A stretch of DNA of 44,124 nucleotides, filler included, from Sphacelaria rigidula (taxonomy: Eukaryota): NCBI GenBank assembly GCA_964200075.2. It is 2 parts of 2 records of this genome, joined end to end, with 100 filler letters (N's around TTAATTAATTAA, not from the genome) between each part and the next. Parts side by side here need not be neighbours in the genome. Positions count along the whole stretch, not along the records: positions 22,123 to 44,124 come from CAXNAA020000366.1; 1 more part is not named here. One strand, 5' to 3'. How positions within the stretch are numbered: position 1 is the first letter of the stretch; each line of letters begins with the position of its first letter. Shown here piece after piece: positions 34,874-44,124 of the stretch. Below the pieces are notes generated by a model. That model was not told the origin of the DNA. It ran no database searches and worked only from the letters and a program-made list of their open reading frames with translations. The translations under genes were made by a program, and so were the position numbers.

Positions 34874-35040
34874 CTCGCATCTTCACGCTTTCAACGACGG
34901 AACCAAATTCTGCTCGAAATAATCTGCATATGTCGCGACGCGGCGGCATTTGTTTTTCTTCCACACTTCCAGCACCTTTCCTTCCCCGGAATGAGTCCGT
35001 GGTCCCACGGGATCAACCCGTTTCCCCCCCGGTATGCACC

Positions 35041-35590
35041 GGTAGCCTATAGCTAGACTGGTCCGGCGAAACCCGGCGTGCTCCATCCCGGCTTTGTAGG
35101 GTCGGGCCTCCTATGGGGTTGGCGTCGGTTGGCAATGGCGCTGCAAAACACGCAACTCACTGCGCAAGCTAGGCAACCAGGTTACCGATGTTTTTGCGCA
35201 CTTACGTTCTTTCGCGGTAACCATGATGATGGCCCAGCTAGATCGTATTGTGCGGGGTAGGAGAACCTCGATTCCGCGCAAAGGGGATGATTGTACCACG
35301 AAGTGTTTGAATGGGTGAGTGTCTCTGGAATTGGCGACACCAGAAAATGAAGCAACTCATTGTAGGCTGTTATCCACATGTAAGATAATCAGTGCGCTTC
35401 GGGCCGAACAATCTTAGCTAGATGCAGCTCACCCCTCATGCGACCCGCCGAACACACCACCGCGCTCTTGATGATTGGTTGCGAGCCTGGTCCGGCGAAT
35501 AGCCGGCGTGCTCCATCCCGGCTTCGTAGGGATGCGAGATCAACGGTCGTATGACTACGGCATGCAAGATCATGAATACACCCCCCTCCC
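35041..35590 (+). mobile_element. SINE-like repeat family A, most complete copy
   Basis: Includes the 5' head, an internal 45-bp direct repeat (35058-35101 / 35487-35531) and a flanking CCCC(G)GTATGCACC duplication. Confidence 0.85.
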
Positions 35591-36834
35591 CCGTATGCAC
35601 CTAACGCTTTGGTATCACGGATGGAATCAGCATTGTCGCGCTTCATCCACTTTCGTCAAACAAGATTTTTTTCGCTACTCACGTCCTTACACTTGATAAC
35701 GGCAGGAGTCGAACTCACATTATTTCGCCCTAACTGATCCCAGTTGTACAATCTGAACTACCGGGGCGGGGCGGCAGCATGTACATGTCGTAGCAATATC
35801 TGTTCCGACCGTGGGATGGAGAAGACGAACCTGAGAGAGTCCGTTCTCTCGCACCCTGTCCAATCTTGCGACCCTAGGTATCCTCATGCGCCACCCACAA
35901 GGAGTGCCATGGCACGATGTCAGGGTGCAAGGGGGCGAACGAGCTGTTCTGACCTCCTTCTTGCTCATCCACCACGAACAACGTTTTTCGGCGGCATATA
36001 CAACCTCATCATAGGACCTCCACAAGCATGTCATCCAACGATTCGTGCAATGTTACATCAGTGCACATGCACAGCCCATCGCATCTTTGCCGTGCTGGAT
36101 TTCATCTCAAACTGTTTCAAACCTGTGACATCCCCGTGCATGAATAGTATTGTAAGTCACATCTCTTCTCCGCGCCCGACCGCCGCCCGACTGGGACCGG
36201 TTGTGTCGGGGCAAGCTGTCTCGATCCCGCAACCTTACGACACAACCATACATGTAGAGGAAAGTAAGATGACCTACAGACCGGTCTGTGTACTGTGTCG
36301 CCGATGATGAAACGCACAGACTAGCCGGTAGGCCGTGTCAACGGTGCTGCACTCGAAGTTAAACCCTGCAGGCGGATTTACCCCGTACGGAGACCCAGAG
36401 TTGAGACACTGCCACAGAAACATGCCGGTGGAGATGAGACCTGTGTGAGTAACCGCCAGACTTGTGATTGCGACTGGATGCTTCGGGGAACGTTTAATGT
36501 GCGATAGTCAATCTATTAGTAAATCAATACTTTACTCAGCTTCAGGTATTGATTTTCTTATCCCACACCGACTGAACCTACTGCGTGTAATCGTGTCTTA
36601 ATGTGGAGAAGGCTCTCAGCACCTGCACAGCAGTAGAGTTACAAAATCAGCGGGTGCTCGCGGGGACCCATTATCTCGCTGAACCAGCGGTACATATATT
36701 ATTGAATTCCCGCCAAATCTATGTATCCACCTATTTAACCACCACTGCAACCGTCGGGAGCAACAGCATTTCTGTGCACTCCGCCTCAGCCCTAGTTTTA
36801 GTCGCACGGATGTTTCTCCTTGCTCGCCCTGTAG

Positions 36835-37009
36835 GAACCGAAGCGAGAACTACGAGTTTTTTCAGGCTGTCTCCCACTTCACGCAAGACACATCAACCTG
36901 CACGCGGGCTACTTGCGATGAAGCCAAAAAGATCTACAACCTTTACGTGTCGGATGCAGCTCCGTTGAGGGTATCTCTTGGAGAAAACATATCCGCACAA
37001 ATCAAGCAG
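36835..37009 (+). CDS. Tandem RGS protein, exon 2 (RGS domain 1)
   Basis: GTAG|G acceptor. Reads NRSENYEFFQAVSHF...AKKIYNLYVSDAAPLRVSLGENISAQIKQ, canonical RGS motifs. Donor CAG|GTGAAC. Confidence 0.85.
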
Positions 37010-37263
37010 GTGAACATCCAAACTCGACATCGGTGTTGTGCCATATGTTGAGAATGTATGTATATATATATGTGTGAGTATATATTCCTCTCCATTTTTT
37101 TATACTACTCTGGCCTTCGAATGTAGCAGTAACAAGCTTGTGGCGTAACACGCAAGGTTTCCAACCGCGTTTCTACGGTGCCGACATAGTCCTGCTCGCT
37201 AGGTCGATATGGGTCGGCAGAACAGTAGTCTACCGACAGCGTTTGGAAATAGTGTTCGGTGCT

Positions 37264-37266
<3 letters not shown>

Positions 37267-37305
<39 letters not shown>
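37267..37305. repeat. (CT)n microsatellite in RGS intron 2
   Basis: About 19 CT units read directly from the sequence. Confidence 0.95.
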
Positions 37306-37308
<3 letters not shown>

Positions 37309-37390
37309 CCTGTCTCTATCTTTGTCTGTCTGTCCTTCTCAATGCCGCTGAGAAACGTATATTTTCCCATCAATTGCAACGGAACGCCAG

Positions 37391-37567
37391 ACCTTTGATA
37401 CAGGAGAGGTTCCGAAGCAAACCTTCGACGCAGCAAAGGAGGAAGTCGTTAAGCTCATGGAGAAAGAGTCTCTCCAGGACTTCCTTACTTCGGATCTGTA
37501 CTCCAACTTACAGCGAAGAATCCATGCAGGAGAGCTGGAAGCCTTGATACAGGAAGACATTGACACT
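37391..37567 (+). CDS. Tandem RGS protein, exon 3 (end of RGS domain 1)
   Basis: CCAG|ACC acceptor. Reads TFDTGEVPKQTFDAAKEEVVKLMEKESLQDFLTSDLY (RGS FD.A...V..LM...S...FL.S..Y). Donor ACT|GTTAGG. Confidence 0.85.
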
Positions 37568-38204
37568 GTTAGGGACATCATGTCGAAAGAGGCAAGACGT
37601 GGCGTAATGTATCCATTTCAGTAACCTGCGTCCGCATCGGGGGTTGCGCGCGGGGGGTGGGGGTATGCTCGCTTGCTTTGACTTGTTGACGAGTCGAAGC
37701 TGATACGTATCCTGACAGATGAAGCACTGGGAAAGATCCTTGCAGTAAAGAACGTGGGCGCATGCTCAAAGTCGCCAACTAGGCGCAACAGTACATGGGT
37801 GTCCCCTGTACAAGGGTAGGAGCAAGATATCCTCAAGAGGACTGACCTACCGTGCACGATATGGACGGGGACGTGTTTGGTGTGTGTAAGCGGATGTGGG
37901 GCTAGATAATTTTCCGAGCGTTTCGGGACGCTTGGTGTTGTAGCTCCGGCACAGTGCAATGCTTGTCTGAAAAGAACTGGCAAACTCGGAAGGAGCGATC
38001 AGGGTTTTGAACCCGATATTGCAGCACATGGAAAATGGCGCACCTTCCTGCGAAGTCCACGTACAAGTAGCTGGCCATCAGCTACCTATCCGAGTTTCTC
38101 TCTTCTTACGCATAACGCGACAAGAACATACCGAAAATTAGTTTCCTACTGCTCACCCCTGTCCCTATTCATACCCACGCGCGCGCGATTTTACTCTCTC
38201 GCAG

Positions 38205-38666
38205 TTGATAGAGTTTTTGGGAGACCCAGACCTGAAGACGGTTCTTTCCTCTCAGATGGGGATTGATTGGTTCCGGAAGTACCTCGTCACAGAATTTGCA
38301 GAAGAGGGGCTAGATCTTTGGAAGGTCGTTCACGACATGCTGATGCCAGAATCCTCGTCATCCTCCGAGAGGAGGTCGGGCAGCGGTAAGGAACACGGCG
38401 TGGTGGGTTCGGCGGCGGCGGAAGAAGCCTACGCAACACCGGAGGCGACGGCGGCGCTGACGGCGGCGCTGGCAACACCCGAAGGCGAAGAAGCGGGGAG
38501 TGGAGATGGGGGGGGCGGAGACGGGGGGAGCAGAGAGGGTGGTGGCAACGGAGAGGGGTGGGGGGATCAATATGATATTCGAAAGAGCGGGCAGGAGATA
38601 TACACACGATTCATCAAGAGCGGTTGTGGAGCGGAGTGCAACTTACCGGGGACTGTCGTTCGAAAG
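38205..38666 (+). CDS. Tandem RGS protein, exon 4 (RGS domain 2)
   Basis: CTCTCTCGCAG|TTG acceptor. Contains LKTVLSSQMGIDWFRKYLVTEFAEEGLDLWKVV, a Gly/Glu/Ala-rich insert, then GQEIYTRFIKSGCGAECNLPGTVVRK. Donor AAG|GTATTA. Confidence 0.85.
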
Positions 38667-38852
38667 GTATTACAGCACCACGAGAATATTTCGTTCCATT
38701 CAAGTGGTCCGGGATTGTGTGTATTTCCCCGCTCCTCCACATTGATAGCATATGCGCATGGGTTTCCCCTAGCCCGACGTAGTCATTTTCCATTATAATG
38801 CGGGAGATGAATATAATATGATGATCATGTAATTCGCCCTGTACTTGAGAAG

Positions 38853-38999
38853 GTTGTGGCGGCGCTAGACGACCCGGAGAGCAGCCCTGAAGCTATTCGG
38901 AAAGCATTCGAGCAGGTAGAAGTGGAGATTTTCAAGCTACTTGCTTACGACCCGTTTCTTCGTTTCAAAAGGCAAGTCACTCGGTGCGGGGGGACCTGA
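38853..38999 (+). CDS. Tandem RGS protein, exon 5 (end of RGS domain 2)
   Basis: GAAG|GTT acceptor. Reads VVAALDDPESSPEAIRKAFEQVEVEIFKLLAYDPFLRFKR. Either stops at TGA 38997-38999 or splices at a GC donor after 38971. Confidence 0.75.
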   Translation, partial: VVAALDDPESSPEAIRKAFEQVEVEIFKLLAYDPFLRFKRQVTRCGGT

Positions 39000-39925
39000 A
39001 CACAGTTGGATGTGTGCGTACTGGTACTGACCCAAGGATACCCCCAAGTATTCATCCAAAGCAGCTTTAAGGAATACGTTCTTAGTGTGGTACAATAAAT
39101 GACCACGCATGACACTTTCACGCCTGATATTTCTTTCACAACAGCGCGATTTTTTTTGCAAACTACGGAGGCCACGCCGGTGATCATTTTGTCTTTGAAA
39201 CGGCTTCGTCGAGAATTTTCGATACATTCGACCTTTTGGCAGCCCAGGCCCCCTGTTATGGAGACAAGCATGGTTGAAAGGCTCTACCGCCTAAAGATGC
39301 TACGCTCCTTCACCACCGATGGACATGTATTACATGGATTGACCCGTAGTTTCCGTCGGTGGCCAACCCACTAAGTTTTCATCGATATGCGTACATCAAC
39401 ATTCGATACGTAAATGCCCGAGTGCCGCCTGCGTCTGCTGCATTGTCTGCGATGGCCTTGAAACCTCTATATATTGGCATATGGCTCACGCACTGACTGC
39501 GGTGGCAGTGTGTAACGTACAGTAAGTAGCAAGCGCGGAACTCACGCTCGCGGGGCAGCAGCATCGAGCTTGCCTACAACCTGTGTACTTTTGCAGAAAG
39601 CATCTCGTACCTGACTTCACGGTAGGTACTATAGGGGGACATAGTGTGCGAACCACAGAGATAAAACGTGTCATCGGGGGATCTAATTCGCAGCATACGC
39701 TCTACCGTGTGACGGTACCACTGCCGCATATAAAAACAAAACAGACAATGAGAATGTGGGGGCGCATTTCGCACGGGATCGAAGGGGACGAACCATTGTA
39801 GCTAGCCTTACACTCCTTTCTACATCCGAAATTAGACAGCACACACGAAGCATCAACAATAACGGGCTCGTGAAACAGGTTGAACATCACAAGTGTGTAT
39901 GCATGATATAATGCTATTCAAAACA

Positions 39926-40385
39926 TACTTCCTCTGCCCCATAGTAAAGGTACATAAGGTTGTACGGGCTCTCAACGATGTCCGATCGTTTTCTTTTTTT
40001 CAATGAACTCTACGGTTTATTTTGGGCTGAGAAAATGTCTTTAAAACTTGCAGCTCGTGCTCGAACCATGCCGCCGAACGGCTGCAAAAAAGTAGTCGGC
40101 CCAAAAATGGCCGTTTTTGTCCCTTTCCGAGGGGAAAAAAAAGAGTCGTTTTTTTTTTAATCTCTCCCGCCTCCACTGGGGTTTGCTGCCAGGAAATCCT
40201 ACGCGATTAAAAAAAAAAAAACGACACTTTTTTTTCCCTCGGAAAGGGGCGAAAAACGGCCATTTTCGGGCCGACTACTTTTTTTGCAGCCGTTTGGCGG
40301 CATGGTTCAAGCACGAGCTGCAAATTTTAAACACATTTTCTTGACCCTAGATTTAGGTACCTTTACTCATGGGACAGAGGAAGTG
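39926..40385. mobile_element. Stowaway-like (Tc1/mariner-derived) foldback MITE
   Basis: Left TA-CTTCCTCTGCCCCATAGTAAAGGTAC versus right GTACCTTTACTCATGGGACAGAGGAAG-TG. Long near-perfect arms at 40030-40165 / 40205-40341. Confidence 0.85.
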
Positions 40386-43300
40386 TAGCGTGGAGTGTCT
40401 AAACCTTCACTCTACGGTATAATAATCCTCAGAACATACGTTCCCTGCCCTGCCGCCTAAGCCATACAATGTAGTGACGAGCAACTCATGTGACATCCGA
40501 TCGACGATGGGCAGGCACTTCGTAAAGTATTCGGTAGACATCCTACATCGTATCTTGCAACTTGTTCATGGTCTCGCTATTCTTGCATCTCACACTCACT
40601 CGCTTACTCGTCTTATACGCGAACTCGTTGATCGGACGGCAGGTCTGGCTTGTACACCAAGTATTGCATGAAAACGCGACTGAAAACGTAGCGATGTGCC
40701 CTTTCTACGGCGGGTGCGGAAGAAGACCAGACATGAGCTGGGGAGGACAGGGAAGCAGTCCCTTCATACAAAGCGGACCGACCAACAACAAGCGAGGCAG
40801 CTTCCGCTCCATTCCTGACCCCCAGTGAAGCCATATTGGACAGGCTTGGAGCGCTCTACTTTCTGTTTCGACGGTCACACTTTCTCATTAACCAGGATTC
40901 CTCCGGGAAACCTATGTACAATGTGTCTGATCTTGAGAATTTTCGGAACGTTTACTAGCAAACACAACACTGGGAACTGAGCGCGTGTCAAGCGACTGCA
41001 AACCAAACCTTATGGTCTGCCTTAAACGTTTATCGCATCAAGTAGCCTGCGCAGCCGTCGATTGGACGAGATCAATCAAGTGGAAGCACCAGAACTGACG
41101 AAATAATGTTATGCCCCGGTTGCCGCAAGTAGAACGTGAGATAATATCTCTGCCTCTCGACACGCGACCGAAAATAGTACACTGTTAGTTGGTGGCTCAC
41201 CAGTGATTCGTGCGGGAAAAATCCTCTGCACGAGTTATTTACGAATCGTTCGTACAGATCTTCCGCCTGGGAACATAACCTTCTCGAAGGGTACTGATCC
41301 CCGCCCATGATTGGGCGAGACGAATTGAGTTTTCAGCTGTCCCACCTGTGATTGGTACATGGCACGGGCGGATTATGTACGTTCCTCGACTGAAGTACGT
41401 TGTTCGTGATGCTTGTGACAATAATGTATATGAAATTTTGTGTTTTATGCCCACCTGCAATTCTTACATTCTGTCCGCAGCTGATTCGTGTGTGACAGAT
41501 GTTACGAGTCTTGATTCGTTTGTGTCTCTATTTTAGGATATTGTCCTAGGGTAGGTATGATTTCACATAAGTGCTTCGTTTCGGTACATTCCCTCACATC
41601 TTTTTTTTCGTCCATCAGGATATATCGTATGTTGGCAGTTAAGGGGACTGGAAGCAATGCACCCTGTTGCCGTTGTTGTTTATTCCCATACCGGCCACAG
41701 TGTCGTTGAAGTGCTTCCGCGTGTATCACGCGCTGACCAAGAAGTGAAGCCAGTGACGCGCCACTCGGTGCTATCTTCTTCGTGCGTATGTTTACCTCTG
41801 CGTATAATATATCGTAGATGTTGGAGATATACTCTGCGCACTTGACCCCCACTTGATCAGGGCAAACTACACCACCCGGCGAGCGCATTCGACAGTGGAA
41901 ACAACTGTAGTAATGTATCCTACAGGTGGGAGGAAAAGTCTGATCGATGTTTCGGAGCAAATCGAAGACTGTGGGACGACGGAGGGCGGAGTCTATCGCT
42001 ACTTCGGTGTTCAGCACTGCCCCGCACCGACCTCCTTCATGGTGTTGGGAGAAGCTACCGCTCTTGTACTACATCGCTTCCCACGCCTTTTGAGACAGTG
42101 TCTGCAACCTCAGGGTCACTACCGTTTTGTCGCAAACGTTGTGGTGGTTTTACATGATAAACCTCGTCAACGAAACACCTCGGTTGTAGTCGGAGGATAT
42201 GTCAATCCAAGGCTTGTCACATAGCCGGTGGTGGTATCGTGTTTTTCTTGTGTCCATGTTCCCTGTGAACTGGGTCAAAAACGTTCATCGTGTGAGCATT
42301 TTTCCCGGTTGAGAGGCAGGAATGCGAGGTTTTAAGTTTTTTCGCCCAGATAAAGATGGCCATTTCTGATGTCCATCGGCAAAGTCGATCAGTTGTCAAG
42401 ATAATATTGACGTTGAGTACGCGCGGCTTCGTTTGGATGAAACGTTCCACTCGTACAGGTGCAGGTAGAAGCCACAATTAAACCTTTTTGATTCCAACAA
42501 GATATTGTTCGTGATACAAGAGACAAATGTTTTTCAGGGGCGAAACGCGAAGTATTTTAAGAGCACTCGGCCGATTCGACCAGCCGATAGCTCAGACGGA
42601 AGCTCTCATCTATAGAATCACCTTCAGTAGCAGATGCCCTGTATGATAGTGTCTGACGCGTTGATCACGAGGTATGACATGCATGTTGAGCGATTGGGAG
42701 CAACCGCGCTGTTGCGAACTATAGACTCGCTCTCGAGGAAGACACAATAAAGTGGCGCAAACGTTCCTCGAGTTGGTCAATCGGATCGGCAAAACTCCGG
42801 GCTTGGAACTATTATATCTGACTCGACACATTCGATATGCTAGGTGGTCAGCGTGAATCCGAGCAAACGCATCCCTGAAAACGAGTCGGTACCCCATTTC
42901 ACGGACGTCTTTTTGTTTGTTATTGGGGAGTAGTTACGTCATGGTTCGGGTCAACTGTCTTTAGACTCGAGACACTCAACACATTTCCAGTGGTTCACAC
43001 GTGACGCAGCAGAATTATGCGCGTGTTTTTCATGTTTAGTCCTAGTGACTACGTAGATCTTGACAGTCTACAGTCCCAAGTAGGTACCGTTTTGTGTGGG
43101 GTTTGGTATCAGCACACTGATGGAGGGCTTGTGTGTTGTGGTGTAGGTAGACGGACCTATCTCAATGGGAAGGAATGCAGAGAGTGTGTGGACAGTAGCT
43201 GTGAGGCTTACTTGCGTGTGCTGTAAAATGAGTAAATTTGTTGTTCACGGGCCCCTGTGCGGCCAAGAAAGAACAAGACACACACTCTCTTCCGAAGGCA

Positions 43301-44004
43301 GAGAACCAACAAATGTCGAAAAATGAGGAGAGAAGGGGGGAAGTCGAGAGCTTCACCTCCGAGCTGCCATCTCTCGTGAAGCCCAAAACGATTCCCTGTC
43401 ACCGGACGTACGTCAAGTCAGTTTGTTTATCTGATTGAACCTGTTACTGACGCGACTAACGCGTCAGCTGTTGAACTAGATATTGTACCGAACGCTACGT
43501 ATGCTACCAGTTGCTTAGCTACGGTACCCTACCGGAATCGACTATGTAGACGAGCTATGTCGGCATATTATTTATCCTGTATGTGCCGATTATTCCCTTT
43601 CCTAAAATAATAAAGGTCAAATATATGTATATGTAGCCAACGGTTCGAAGATTCAAGGTTCCGCTGAACTGTCACAAGTTGTACCGCAATTTGATATAGT
43701 ACTGAAATTCACACAGACAAGATGCTGTATAGACTATTGTATGTAGTAAGAAGAAGCGGAAGCAGAAGCAGAAATGATGATACGCTGTACATAATAATGG
43801 CGAACCGCCGGAGAAACCCTGACTGGTTCTAAGTAACAACTATATAATATGTATTATTACTAGAGCCCGGCATCAATATACCCCTCCCTTACGAATATGA
43901 TATATATTTCCACATGACTTACGTATTACTAGTCATGTTTTTCGAAATGATATACGAATATACTCCTTGTCAAGGGGCCCCACATCGAAATGTCACGGCA
44001 CCAG

Positions 44005-44054
<50 letters not shown>

Positions 44055-44124
44055 CCGGCGGCCGGGGCGGGGGGGGGGCGACCAAACCAAAACAACACCA
44101 AAAAAAAAAAAAAAAACACACCAA
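44005..44124. repeat. Poly-C run and low-complexity contig end
   Basis: About 49 C followed by G- and A-rich low-complexity sequence, probably unreliable. Confidence 0.85.

Noticed and set aside
35041-35122. Functional tRNA gene
   Set aside because: No canonical T-loop (GTTCRA) or clean anticodon arm. It is the head of a dispersed repeat.
41500-42900. ORF-rich segment that might be a decayed viral or transposon gene
   Set aside because: Frames are interrupted and I recognise no motif or termini.
43313-43407. Possible first exon MSKNEERRGEVESFTSELPSLVKPKTIPCHR with a GTACGT donor
   Set aside because: No recognisable homology and no downstream exon before the contig end, so it cannot be supported.

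Overview
Eukaryotic, intron-rich, roughly 50% GC DNA whose gene structure and repeats look like a brown alga or related stramenopile (taxon is my inference). The window is not contiguous. A 100-nt artificial spacer (N44-TTAATTAATTAA-N44, 22023-22122) joins two ~22 kb contigs. Contig 1 carries the first three exons (3040-3159, 17393-17532, 18665-18791) of an SMCHD1-like gene (ubiquitin-like domain followed by the start of a GHKL ATPase), largely missed by the ORF track. Its 14.2 kb first intron is packed with nested transposon relics, and a decayed LINE lies downstream. Contig 2 carries the 3' exons of a Sec7/BIG-type ARF-GEF gene, a two-exon C20orf85/CIMIP-like ciliary gene on the minus strand, and, head-to-head with it, a five-exon tandem-RGS gene. 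A ~0.5 kb dispersed repeat (8 copies) shares its 3' ~70 nt with the LINE 3' end, suggesting a SINE-LINE partner pair. All protein identities were recognised by eye and need database confirmation. Most entries in the ORF track are spurious.
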